DNA of 64,000 nucleotides from a virus, in IMG/VR virus record IMGVR_UViG_3300032313_001394, positions 64,001 through 128,000 of that record, one strand, 5' to 3'. Below, one piece after another: positions 1-9,330 of this stretch; position 1 is the first letter of the stretch, and each line of letters opens with the position of its first letter. The notes under the pieces were generated by a model that saw only the letters and a list, made by a program, of their open reading frames with translations, made no database searches and was not told where the DNA came from. Both the position numbers and the translations under genes were made by a program.

Positions 1-394
1 CTTCTGTTTTTTTTAAACCAAAAAAACCTTGAGTATTATTATTTAATTCTTCATTTAAATCAAAAATTTGTTTATTAATAGTTTCAATTAATTTATTATA
101 GTAATTTTCTGTATCGAATTTATCTAAAATATAATCTTCTAAAGAATATTCTCCTGTGGTTGATGTATTAAATTTATTATCTAATTTATTTAATTGACCT
201 ATATATTCTATATCAATAGTTACTAAACTTGCTTTTAAAATTACTATTTCTTCTAATATTTCTTTAGTTCGAGCCGCTTTAGCAACTGCTGATTTAATAT
301 TACTTATAGTATTATTTACTCCTTGAGCAATTTTTTTAGCTCTATTAGTTACTTTATTAGCACTATTACTTAATATTTGTTTTAAATTAGCCAT
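1..394 (-). CDS. Hypothetical protein, N-terminal part; runs off the window edge
   Basis: ATG at 394-392 overlaps the TAA of the upstream gene (TAATG); open frame MANLKQILSNSANKV... to position 1. Confidence 0.7.
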   Translation of the reverse strand, partial: MANLKQILSNSANKVTNRAKKIAQGVNNTISNIKSAVAKAARTKEILEEIVILKASLVTIDIEYIGQLNKLDNKFNTSTTGEYSLEDYILDKFDTENYYNKLIETINKQIFDLNEELNNNTQGFFGLKKTE

Positions 395-1644
395 TATTTA
401 GATACAAAAGTACTTTCAGATAAAACATTATTTAATTTTTTTCTTAAACTATCTAAAGAAGTTTGAGCAGAAGCAGCAAAAGTAGCAATAGCAGTGGCCG
501 CGTATTGAGAATCTGATTTTGATAATAAAGTTAAATCAGAAGTAAATTTATTTAGAATTTTTAATAAATCAGATAAAAATAATTGAGTATTAGTACCTAA
601 TAATATAGGTTGAGGATTATTATTTAAATTATTAGATAATGATTGATTATTAATTTGTCCTAAATAAATTTTAGGAGCATTTAAATAAATTTGTTCTTGA
701 CCATTTAAATGAATTGTTTTACCTGCTCCTAATTCAATATTAGTAGCACCATATAAAATAATATCATCTTTATTTGAATTTAATGTTATTCTATTAGATG
801 AAAAAACTAATTGAGATTTATTAGAATAAATATCAGGAGCAATTAAAGTACCAAACTCACCGGGTTTTTTAGTAATTAGAATTTTAGGTGTAAAATTAGT
901 TAATGTCTGAGTAGATGTTAAGTAAATAGAAGAAGCATCATTATTAATATTTTCTAAATATAAATCTTCTTTTCCTATAGCTTCTTTATCAATTGTGTTA
1001 TAACCATTAACTAACATAGTTATAGGATCTCCTATTTTACCTCCATAACTCCAAAAATCATTAGGTCGTTCAGGATCAAATTTAAAAGTAGAAGAAAAAC
1101 GAATTCCAGATCCCCATCTTGAATTTAAGATAAAATCACCTTCAAAAGGAATTAAATTTTGAATTGTAGATAATTCTTCAATATAATCACCTAATTTAAT
1201 TCGATCAGTATCTTCTACAGTATTATAAATACCTTGCGAATTATTATGAACATTATTATATAAATTAATAGTAGATAAATAATATGTTTGATTTTTTCCC
1301 GCTACAGCTCCTGAATCAAATGAAGGAAGATCAAATAATAAAACTAATTCATCTAAAACAGGAAGATAAATTATATTAGGTAATAATGGAAAAATTAATT
1401 TTAATCCACTATTTATTAAATCTTTTTGGGTAATTTTAGAATCAGTTAAATTTAGATCTAAATTAGGTTTTGATGCATTATCAGCTAATATATATACTTT
1501 ACCAATATCAGAATCATCAGTATATCCGGCTGATCTAGCACTAGTAATAATATGGAATACTCTACCTATATTAGAAGGTAAAGTTTGATTTGAATTATTA
1601 CTAAATGTAGAATAAAACGTACCAAAATTATTTCTTATCTTCAT
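394..1644 (-). CDS. Putative baseplate hub/central spike-like structural protein
   Basis: 416 aa; GDFILNSRWGSGIRFSST, beta-rich repeats (NIELGAGKTIHLNG, IYLNAPKIYLG) and C-terminal QPILLG resemble T4 gp5/gpV-type spikes. Confidence 0.45.
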   Translation of the reverse strand: MKIRNNFGTFYSTFSNNSNQTLPSNIGRVFHIITSARSAGYTDDSDIGKVYILADNASKPNLDLNLTDSKITQKDLINSGLKLIFPLLPNIIYLPVLDELVLLFDLPSFDSGAVAGKNQTYYLSTINLYNNVHNNSQGIYNTVEDTDRIKLGDYIEELSTIQNLIPFEGDFILNSRWGSGIRFSSTFKFDPERPNDFWSYGGKIGDPITMLVNGYNTIDKEAIGKEDLYLENINNDASSIYLTSTQTLTNFTPKILITKKPGEFGTLIAPDIYSNKSQLVFSSNRITLNSNKDDIILYGATNIELGAGKTIHLNGQEQIYLNAPKIYLGQINNQSLSNNLNNNPQPILLGTNTQLFLSDLLKILNKFTSDLTLLSKSDSQYAATAIATFAASAQTSLDSLRKKLNNVLSESTFVSK

Positions 1645-1996
1645 TTATAGGGATAGATTTAGATACTTCATTATCTATAGATTGAACAGCATTTAATAAT
1701 TGTTCTTTTTCAGATTCACTTAAAACAAAATCATCAGATCCACCTGATGAATTAGCCATAGCCCGTTGAACAATACCTGCTATTTTAATTAATGAATCAT
1801 CATTTTTAACAGATACATCTAAATATTCTTTGATTAAGGGAACAACTATAAGAGCTGATTGAGTATCAACTACCATAGGTTTAAGACTTGAAATTAAGTC
1901 CTTTATTTGTTTTTCTTTTTTAGATGAATTATCGTAGATATTTTTTAAAAGATCTGAAAATGTTTTACCTTCAAATATTTGTGATTCAAAATCCAT
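1628..1996 (-). CDS. Helical hypothetical phage protein
   Basis: 122 aa ORF; TATATTTAT motif upstream at 2015-2023. Confidence 0.6.
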   Translation of the reverse strand: MDFESQIFEGKTFSDLLKNIYDNSSKKEKQIKDLISSLKPMVVDTQSALIVVPLIKEYLDVSVKNDDSLIKIAGIVQRAMANSSGGSDDFVLSESEKEQLLNAVQSIDNEVSKSIPINEDKK

Positions 1997-2029
1997 AATA
2001 TTTATATTTTATTAATAAATATACTTTTA

Positions 2030-2785
2030 TTAAAATTCTATATAACCATTTTCGTAATATTCATTATATATATTATAATATACTTTTTTTAATATTTTAA
2101 TTACTTTAGTTATTTGAAAAGTATCAACATCTATCATTTCACGAATATAAATGTATATAGCTTTTTTATTAAAAATTTCTAAATTTTCACGTTTACGAAA
2201 TAATTCTAAAATAACATCTGCTGTACGTTGATCATGAGGGCGTGGAAATAATTTAGTTAAATTTTTATCAACATAAGTAACAAAATAATCTATAAAATCA
2301 GATAAATGATTTTTATCATCATTTGATTCACGAACTAAATCTTCAACAATTATTTTATCTTCATCTGCTTCTTCTAATGTTCCTTTTTCTTTAACTTTTT
2401 TATAATTTTTTTCATTATAAATAATTAAATAACGTTTAGCAATAGTACCAAAATAGGAAAATGCTTTACCTTTAGATTGTTGATATAAATGTAGTTTTTC
2501 AAGTAAAAAAGCAACTACTTCATGTTTTAATTCATTAATAGTATCAACATCAGTATAATAAAACTTAAATGTATGGATAATATTTTCTGCTAATTTATGA
2601 AATGAATAATTTATTCGATCATAAAAAATTTTATTTCTTTCGACTTGATCAGTTGAAGCTAAGTAAGCTAATATAGCATCCTCAGTATCTTGAGTAAAAT
2701 ATATGTTTGCTTTCTTGGGTTTACGCTTGCGGATAGTACCTTTTTTAGTTAAAAGTACTTCCTCCGTAGAGGTCTCTAAATCCAT
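2030..2785 (-). CDS. Phage sigma factor, T4 gp55-like (late transcription)
   Basis: Region-2-like segment LKHEVVAFLLEKLHLY...KAFSYFGTIAKRYL resembles the gp55 F.YFT.I motif; preceded by YFTQDTEDAI. Confidence 0.6.
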   Translation of the reverse strand: MDLETSTEEVLLTKKGTIRKRKPKKANIYFTQDTEDAILAYLASTDQVERNKIFYDRINYSFHKLAENIIHTFKFYYTDVDTINELKHEVVAFLLEKLHLYQQSKGKAFSYFGTIAKRYLIIYNEKNYKKVKEKGTLEEADEDKIIVEDLVRESNDDKNHLSDFIDYFVTYVDKNLTKLFPRPHDQRTADVILELFRKRENLEIFNKKAIYIYIREMIDVDTFQITKVIKILKKVYYNIYNEYYENGYIEF

Positions 2786-2787
2786 AA

Positions 2788-3060
2788 TTATTTTCTTGTT
2801 TTAAAGGAGTTAAGTTGAGATTGAATCTCCTGTAGTGTTTCGAAGAAAAAACCAATTTCATCATCGGTTTTGAAAGCATTGGCAATTTCTGATTCTCCTA
2901 TTTTATTATTTGAAAGTTCAATTAATTCAGAAAGACGATCAACGTAAATATTTTGATCGTCTACTATTTTTTCTAATTTTTCTGTTTTAGATAGTAAATT
3001 ATATATTGTAAAAGATAATATAATTATAATTAATGTTAAAGTAATTAATATATATTCCAT
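2788..3060 (-). CDS. Membrane-anchored coiled-coil protein
   Basis: N-terminal hydrophobic helix followed by a heptad-like stretch. Confidence 0.6.
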   Translation of the reverse strand: MEYILITLTLIIIILSFTIYNLLSKTEKLEKIVDDQNIYVDRLSELIELSNNKIGESEIANAFKTDDEIGFFFETLQEIQSQLNSFKTRK

Positions 3061-3063
3061 AAT

Positions 3064-3819
3064 TTAATTAAAGAATGAAGCCATAGCATTTTTTAAACTA
3101 TCATTTTCAGGAATAGAAGGTTTATCTTCTTTAACAAGTTTAAATGATTTAGGGGCTTCAACCGGTGTATTATTTAATTTATCAATCCATTCACGTTCAA
3201 ATTCAACACGAGCAGCTAATAAATCAGCTTGATGAATAATATATGGTAATGATGTTCTTAATTTAGTTTCTGGAGACCAAGATATTAAATACGATTTATT
3301 TGATTCATCATATAAACCATCATGTAATTTAATAGCTAAGTATTCATTTTTAGACACTGAAATGCCTAATTGGGTTAATAACCATAATCCACGATCAGGG
3401 ACAGTCATATAATCTAACTGAGTATTGAAAGTATAAATTTCACCTCGGTTTTTAACATGCCATTCAGATGGATTGGGTAAAACAGCTTCATTGGTAAAAT
3501 CTCCAAATTTACCTAAATCATGATTTAAAGCAGAAAATACAACTTCTTCAATAGTATGGTTTGATTTAGTTCCAAACGTATTCCATAATTCATTTACTTT
3601 AATAGCAGCATCTACAACACGATTAACATGTTCAACATAACCACCAGGAAAACAATTATGATACTGAGGTTTATGTGAGGCGGGCATTAATATGAAACGT
3701 TCTTCATATTGTAAATAAAAATCTAATAATTGACTCTGACGTGGTTCAGAGATATATGTTCTAATATTGTATAAAAAAATATTCCAATTACTAATTAGTT
3801 GTTCTTCATTTAAATTCAT
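3064..3819 (-). CDS. HD-domain phosphohydrolase (YhaM-like)
   Basis: PAS..YHNCFPGGYVEHV, ALNHDLGK, AIKLHDG, IHQAD motifs; probable start MNLNEEQ at 3819. Confidence 0.8.
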   Translation of the reverse strand: MNLNEEQLISNWNIFLYNIRTYISEPRQSQLLDFYLQYEERFILMPASHKPQYHNCFPGGYVEHVNRVVDAAIKVNELWNTFGTKSNHTIEEVVFSALNHDLGKFGDFTNEAVLPNPSEWHVKNRGEIYTFNTQLDYMTVPDRGLWLLTQLGISVSKNEYLAIKLHDGLYDESNKSYLISWSPETKLRTSLPYIIHQADLLAARVEFEREWIDKLNNTPVEAPKSFKLVKEDKPSIPENDSLKNAMASFFN

Positions 3820-3934
3820 AAAACCTATTTTATAAGATGATAACCGATGGTTAGATAGAATATAGCTTTTAACGTGTAAAAGATAGCTGCTATCCACCAA
3901 TATTTTTTAAGATAATACTTTAATTTAGACCACA

Positions 3935-4129
3935 TTAGTTGCCGTATGTTTCAAAATCATTATGCTCGATTGAAAGTATAGAACGTAAGTCTTCTACTTT
4001 CTCTTTTACTTCAGAAATATATTGTAGTATTTCATTTTGTGGTTGTGAACGTGAAACTAAAAAGTCTAACGTTCTCATCATATTTTCTAATTGAGCAACT
4101 TTATTTAATGCTTGTTCTTTATACCTCAT
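3935..4129 (-). CDS. Hypothetical protein
   Basis: 64 aa helical ORF. Confidence 0.55.
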   Translation of the reverse strand: MRYKEQALNKVAQLENMMRTLDFLVSRSQPQNEILQYISEVKEKVEDLRSILSIEHNDFETYGN

Positions 4130-4281
4130 GATTGTTATAATTTAATACATTTATACGTATATACACCGTGTATCACGTGTTAACGCGTCTTTCACGTTCT
4201 CTTATCCGTTTCTATATTCATGTTCAACGTTTTTCTTTTATCCCGTGGAATGAATATATTAAGGAGAAAAACAACGCCAAA

Positions 4282-4569
4282 TTATTTTGTGGAAGTTTTT
4301 TTCTTTCTTTTAGATTCTTTAATGATTGATTTTAAATCAATTTGACGTAATGGAAATTTAAAATGTTTAGCATTGATTGCTTGATCCAAAATTGAAATTT
4401 CTTGAGGATCATCGGTGATAAACAATGTAAATTCTGTTTTATCGGCACTTGGTGTGTCGATTAAATCATTGGAGGAAATTTCGCGTTCTAGTTTATTTTC
4501 AGAAAACAAAGAATTTAAGCCATTTACAAAAGCTGCTTTATTTTCATCACGAAAAAGATATGTTGCCAT
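4282..4569 (-). CDS. Hypothetical protein
   Basis: 95 aa ORF; TATATTTATA upstream at 4593-4602. Confidence 0.55.
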   Translation of the reverse strand: MATYLFRDENKAAFVNGLNSLFSENKLEREISSNDLIDTPSADKTEFTLFITDDPQEISILDQAINAKHFKFPLRQIDLKSIIKESKRKKKTSTK

Positions 4570-4614
4570 AAAATTTTATTTGGTTATACTGTTATAAATA
4601 TATATGTTGGTTAT

Positions 4615-5085
4615 TTACGTGAGATCCTCGTTGTTAATACCCAATACTTCAAAAATCGTGGAACGTGCCACATCATACGAAACCGCAAAACCTTCACGAT
4701 TATCTGTTACTCTGAATTCATTTAATAAACGATGAATTTCTTGTTCTTTTAAATAAGGTTCCTGAGTAAACCAAAAATCACGTACAAACCAAGGTGTAAT
4801 AACACCTGTTGCTTTATTAATTTCATTTAAACGATCGGCAACCGAACGTTCAGTAAATCCAATTTTAAAAACACCTGGTATTGAAGTATTTTGTAGAATA
4901 TAGATATGACCTGTAGAATTAGGGGAATTTTTAGAACCATATTTTTTCTTAAAATACCGCACTTTCCATGCATTATGTCCATCATCGACAAAATCGTAAC
5001 CTTTAGCTGATCGTACGTTATCTCGCACTTGTTGGTCGTTCATCTCGTAAAATTCGGACGTGTCCTTACCTGTTAAATTTTTCAT
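4615..5085 (-). CDS. T5orf172/MUG113-type GIY-YIG domain protein
   Basis: GHIYIL.N...PGVFKIGFT..V..RL.E, EQEIH..L..FR....REGF. Confidence 0.8.
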   Translation of the reverse strand: MKNLTGKDTSEFYEMNDQQVRDNVRSAKGYDFVDDGHNAWKVRYFKKKYGSKNSPNSTGHIYILQNTSIPGVFKIGFTERSVADRLNEINKATGVITPWFVRDFWFTQEPYLKEQEIHRLLNEFRVTDNREGFAVSYDVARSTIFEVLGINNEDLT

Positions 5086-5405
5086 ATTAATTTTTTCATA
5101 ACATGTAAATATGGTAAGGAAATTTTAGGTAGGCAAGCGTATATACAAGGGGTTTACCAAGAATTTTTAAAGAGGTTAAAATTTGATATCTTGGATTTTA
5201 GATGCAAAAGGGTTATTTCGAAAACGTATATACGGGGGTTGGGTGTAAAGATCGTATACGTGTTGAGAGTTGGTACGACAGACACACGGATAATCGCACC
5301 ACGTATAGGGAACGCAATTAACGTGGGAGCGGTCCGCGGTCGAATCGATATCGATACGCTATCGTCTGCTTTTTCTTTTCTTTTTTTAATACACGCGATA
5401 TTTTT

Positions 5406-5633
5406 TTAATATATGTATTTGGCGTAAGTCTTTTTAATAAACGGTAAGGCAAAGCGAGGGTGTGATTGGTTTATTAGCTCTTCGCAAGTATAATAAATAA
5501 CATACCCTTCTTGACTAACATATATAGCACTCGTCATATTTACCATTTGATATTCATATACGCGTTTAATAGTTGAAAATTGTAATTCAATATGATTTGA
5601 ACGCTTATTAGGTTTGTCTTTCAGTTTTATCAT
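5406..5633 (-). CDS. Hypothetical protein
   Basis: 75 aa ORF. Confidence 0.4.
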   Translation of the reverse strand: MIKLKDKPNKRSNHIELQFSTIKRVYEYQMVNMTSAIYVSQEGYVIYYTCEELINQSHPRFALPFIKKTYAKYIY

Positions 5634-5689
5634 CTGGTATTATTATTTAGTGAGTATATTTTTACTTAGGCGGATAAGCATAAAGTGAC

Positions 5690-6058
5690 CTAAACGGTCA
5701 CCTTAGCTTTCTTACTCACTTTAGCCTTGGTAGGCACTTCAATCACCACATTCATTTTTGGGCGACCTAATTTAAATGAACCACTTGCCTTTTTGGCTGC
5801 CAATTCAGCGATTCGTTGTTGGCGTTTTGAGTTCATATTAACTGGACGTCCTTTGCTTAACGACTCACCATTCATAATTTTCTCATAACGTGCTGCCTTA
5901 ATTGCTGCGTTCTTAGAACCTTCAACTACTGGGCGGCCGCGTTTTACTAACCCTGCTGCTCTGCGTTCTGCAACCTCGGCTAAACGTTTCTGACGATTTG
6001 ACTCCATATTAACTGGACGACCTAACTTTGCTGTGTTGTTTGTTTGTGTGTTTGACAT
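5690..6058 (-). CDS. Basic protein with four AT-hook-like GRP motifs
   Basis: LGRPV, RGRPV, KGRPV, LGRPK; internal duplication GRPVNMxSxRQxRxAE. Confidence 0.7.
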   Translation of the reverse strand: MSNTQTNNTAKLGRPVNMESNRQKRLAEVAERRAAGLVKRGRPVVEGSKNAAIKAARYEKIMNGESLSKGRPVNMNSKRQQRIAELAAKKASGSFKLGRPKMNVVIEVPTKAKVSKKAKVTV

Positions 6059-6127
6059 AATGTTTGTTTGTTTAAAATTAGTTATTATTTTTTATTATGA
6101 TTAAATATAATTAAGAAATATGGGGCA

Positions 6128-6373
6128 TTATTTATCTAAATTAACTACCCCATATACGGTCACTGCGAACCCAAATACTAAAACGACTGCCCAATCGGTG
6201 TCTTGGTTATATAGGAATCCGTAACATGCAATTGCTGATACTGTTACTCCTAATTTCATGATTAATGAGGCGCCGTTTTTCTTGGTTTTAGCCTGTTTCT
6301 CGGCTGCGATCTTAGCTAAACGATCTTTGTCATCAGCCCACTGTTCGAATTGTCTTGATTGTTTTATCAACAT
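6128..6373 (-). CDS. Small membrane protein with two TM helices
   Basis: Two hydrophobic segments; own promoter motif at 6410. Confidence 0.6.
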   Translation of the reverse strand: MLIKQSRQFEQWADDKDRLAKIAAEKQAKTKKNGASLIMKLGVTVSAIACYGFLYNQDTDWAVVLVFGFAVTVYGVVNLDK

Positions 6374-6437
6374 GTCTTTTTATTTAGTTAGTTAATTATT
6401 TATTACGTATTAAATATAATTTAGAAATTACGAGCAC

Positions 6438-6647
6438 CTATCTTATTATAATAGGCGCTAATTTTTTAGCTCGTGGTTTTCTAATTTTATTTACTTCGTA
6501 ATATTTAACACCACCAATTGTGATGTAGTTATCAAAACGTTCTTGACAATAGTCAAATCGAACATAATTGCGACCATTTAATCTACGTACTGGGACGTGA
6601 CTTGGAATGTTGTTGTTTGTGTGAGTGCGTCTAATTGTTGCTGACAT
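6438..6647 (-). CDS. Hypothetical early protein
   Basis: 69 aa; own promoter motif at 6682. Confidence 0.6.
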   Translation of the reverse strand: MSATIRRTHTNNNIPSHVPVRRLNGRNYVRFDYCQERFDNYITIGGVKYYEVNKIRKPRAKKLAPIIIR

Positions 6648-6703
6648 ATTATTATTTATTTAGTTAATTATTTATTACAAGTTAAATATAACTGGGAAAT
6701 AGG

Positions 6704-6877
6704 TTAATCCCTATCCACCCATTCTGCTATATATTTTACTTCCTCAGGTGTTAGATTATCTACCATTTCATCTAACTTATCAGCCTTAGCGATAGTTGTG
6801 TAACCGATCTGATCAATGTCTGAATTGATGTCCCACTGTAATTTTTTGAATTCGATGCACTTTTGAATGTTAAGCAT
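6704..6877 (-). CDS. Small acidic early protein (57 aa, not in ORF track)
   Basis: MLNIQKCIEFKKLQWDINSDIDQIG...EWVDRD*; own promoter motif at 6901. Confidence 0.65.
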   Translation of the reverse strand: MLNIQKCIEFKKLQWDINSDIDQIGYTTIAKADKLDEMVDNLTPEEVKYIAEWVDRD

Positions 6878-6936
6878 ATTGTTTATTTATTTGTTACAAG
6901 TTAAATATAATTTGGAAAGTAGTTTAATCAAATGAG

Positions 6937-6965
6937 AAAGACCCTGCTCATCGAGCGGGGCCTTT
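6937..6965 (-). terminator. Intrinsic terminator downstream of the tRNA-like gene
   Basis: GC-rich inverted repeat ccctgctc-atc-gagcgggg with a T-rich tail on the minus strand. Confidence 0.6.
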
Positions 6966-6996
6966 GCTTGTAATAATTAACTAATAAACAATATAG

Positions 6997-7094
6997 TGGT
7001 CAGGACAGGATTCGAACCTGTATAACCTTTCATCGTAACTACTTGGCTCATTCCAGCACCAACACTGCACGTCTACCAATTCCGTCACCTGACT
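6997..7094 (-). ncRNA. tRNA-like RNA without a canonical anticodon arm
   Basis: AGTCAGG/CCTGACC acceptor stem, class-II D arm ACG-GAATTGGTAGA-CGT, T arm ACAGG-TTCGAAT-CCTGT; the 47-nt middle has no 5-bp/7-nt anticodon stem-loop. Confidence 0.75.
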
Positions 7095-7102
7095 ATTTAC
7101 TT

Positions 7103-7264
7103 TTAACTTGCCTTCACAAATCGTCCGTTACGGATATCACGTTTACGAACACGACCCCATTTGTCGGTCACCGTTTCGAAATAACGATTTGAAAGTGCTG
7201 TGTAAGCGAAATATCCACTTACACCTAATAATGCGGCTGAGCCTAAAATTTGAAATAATTGCAT
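7103..7264 (-). CDS. Small membrane-anchored basic protein (53 aa, not in ORF track)
   Basis: MQLFQILGSAALLGVSGYFAY...RDIRNGRFVKAS*; promoter motif at 7287. Confidence 0.65.
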   Translation of the reverse strand: MQLFQILGSAALLGVSGYFAYTALSNRYFETVTDKWGRVRKRDIRNGRFVKAS

Positions 7265-7313
7265 ATATTTGTTTTAATTGTTACACTTAAATATAATCGG
7301 GAAATTTGAGGGC

Positions 7314-7478
7314 TTATTCTTCCCCCAATTCCACATAATCAAAATCATGGTCATAAGTTTCCTCACTCACTACTTCAAATTCACCTTGGCTCCATAAATC
7401 TTGAGCTTCAGCTAATGTGTTTGCTTTAATTTCAATAACCATTTCTACTGTTGCAGGTACTGTGATTGTAAATTTCAT
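7314..7478 (-). CDS. Small acidic protein (54 aa, not in ORF track)
   Basis: MKFTITVPATVEMVIEIKANTLAEAQDLW...; AAAC leader; promoter motif at 7516. Confidence 0.65.
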   Translation of the reverse strand: MKFTITVPATVEMVIEIKANTLAEAQDLWSQGEFEVVSEETYDHDFDYVELGEE

Positions 7479-7538
7479 GTTTGTTTGTTTATAGTTAATT
7501 AATTTTTCTTACAAAATAAATATAATAAAGAAATTATA

Positions 7539-7733
7539 TCATTCAAATTTAACCTCTACATTTAAATCATATAATATGTTAAGGAACTCATCACCCCAGA
7601 ATTCTGTGTCACCGTCTGTCCATCTGTATTTTACAGTTAACATATTCTGTAATGCATACCAGTTATTATCACCTACTAATATTTCAGTAACATTATTTGT
7701 TTTAATGTATTGTTCAATTGTTTGTTCGATCAT
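7539..7733 (-). CDS. Hypothetical early protein
   Basis: Probable start MIEQTI at 7733, downstream of the promoter motif at 7763. Confidence 0.6.
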   Translation of the reverse strand: MIEQTIEQYIKTNNVTEILVGDNNWYALQNMLTVKYRWTDGDTEFWGDEFLNILYDLNVEVKFE

Positions 7734-7789
7734 GTGTTTTTTGTTTATGTTAATTATTATAATTAAATATAATAAAGAAAAGGGGGACA

Positions 7790-8257
7790 TTAATTTATAT
7801 CCCACCCACTTTTTAACAATTTATTTAACTTTACTTCATTAATAATCCTGATTAATTTACCTTTACTATTAAATCCAAATATTAATTTCTCATTACCATC
7901 CCTATCAATTAAGGTTGGTACAACCATTATTTTAATACTTCTATTTACTTTATCAATAATAATTTTACCATAACCAAACTTACTATTTTCATTATAGTCT
8001 GGGATGATATCAAAATCATTACATTCACTAAACCATTTATCAAAAAATTTATTATATTCTTTTTCCTCTTCATCATAATCCCAGTCCCAATCCTCTTCAT
8101 TTAAATCCCTACTCATTAAATAACCCTCATCTTTAATTTCATTAATGTCTTCATCATCATAATGATAATAATAACCAACACAATGATTAGTACTACCTAA
8201 ATACCCATCACAAAAATCATACCAACCACTTTCTTCAATTTGTTCATCAATTCTCAT
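7790..8257 (-). CDS. Acidic, aromatic-rich hypothetical protein
   Basis: 155 aa, D/E-rich N-terminal half; promoter motif at 8287. Confidence 0.6.
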   Translation of the reverse strand: MRIDEQIEESGWYDFCDGYLGSTNHCVGYYYHYDDEDINEIKDEGYLMSRDLNEEDWDWDYDEEEKEYNKFFDKWFSECNDFDIIPDYNENSKFGYGKIIIDKVNRSIKIMVVPTLIDRDGNEKLIFGFNSKGKLIRIINEVKLNKLLKSGWDIN

Positions 8258-8304
8258 ATTATTTATATTTATTAATTAATTTATAATTAAATATAATAAA
8301 GAAA

Positions 8305-8807
8305 TTTTTGAGAAAAAATGGGTGAGGATTTAACATGTTAAACAAACACCCCCAAATAAAAAAATCACGTTTAACTTACTATACAATGTGGTTAGTCATT
8401 TGACTAATTAGTTGTTTGACTAAGCATTTTTGGCAACAAAATATCCACTTCTAATGGTATCTTATCCACACTTCAGGATTTTCACCCGCGAACTTTTCAT
8501 TCACATGCTCAGATTGGACCCTTTTTGATGTCATTTTGTATATACATTTAAGGTTACAGGATGGGGAGGGGCGGGCACACAAAGGGCACATCCACTACTT
8601 TTATTTTACCCATCCACCTTACCTTCATTCCACATACCACCCACTTAGTCATCTCACTAATTAGTCATTCAACTACCCGTTAGTCACATTCCACACTCTG
8701 TTTTCCACATCTATATAACAAAAAAACATAACAAAAAAACGCGGGATCTACGTATATTATTAACAAAAAAAATCTATATACTACATTATATTAACAAAAA
8801 AAACGTG
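8305..8807. other. Non-coding region with palindromic iteron-like units, a DnaA-box match and A-tracts; candidate origin or terminus
   Basis: TTAGTCA-NN-TGACTAA-type units at 8392, 8408, 8645, 8661; TTATCCACA at 8462-8470; TAACAAAAAAA four times (8716-8802). Confidence 0.5.
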
Positions 8808-9041
8808 TCACCTAACGCGCAGTTTTCTAATACGCTCATATCGCTTAATAAACCAATACACGTGTACCAAACAAACTAATATGTTTACTATAATGGTCGG
8901 GTTATTGTTTATCATGTATCCGTACCCTACCCACGTTAGACACGCTATTAAGTTCGTTATACGAATAAAGCGTTGTTTTGATAGTGTAAACGAGAGTATG
9001 CTTAATCCCATTGCCGTGTATCCTAATATGTCTGTATTCAT
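8808..9041 (-). CDS. Small three-TM membrane protein (YgjV/PQ-loop-like)
   Basis: ILGY.A....LSF......IR..NL.AC..WVGYG......P.II.N pattern. Confidence 0.6.
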   Translation of the reverse strand: MNTDILGYTAMGLSILSFTLSKQRFIRITNLIACLTWVGYGYMINNNPTIIVNILVCLVHVYWFIKRYERIRKLRVR

Positions 9042-9071
9042 GTTTATTTAGTCTGGATATTATTTATTTTC

Positions 9072-9329
9072 TTATTTTCCATTATATGTTTGTTCTAATT
9101 CTTCTAATTGTTCATCATATTCAATCTTCATAAATAGACCGCTCCAATGGCAATATGGTATTTCTACAAATTCATACCAATCACCTGGTGCTACATTATA
9201 TTTTGCTGCTTCTTTAAATGAAGTGTGTGGTACTACATCTAATACATGATATATTTCACCACGGCTTATATGTGGACGATCTGGAAAATGATTATTAGTT
9301 CCGTCTTTAATGCATATTACTTTATCCAT
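9072..9329 (-). CDS. Hypothetical protein
   Basis: 85 aa ORF. Confidence 0.55.
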   Translation of the reverse strand: MDKVICIKDGTNNHFPDRPHISRGEIYHVLDVVPHTSFKEAAKYNVAPGDWYEFVEIPYCHWSGLFMKIEYDEQLEELEQTYNGK

Positions 9330-9330
9330 A

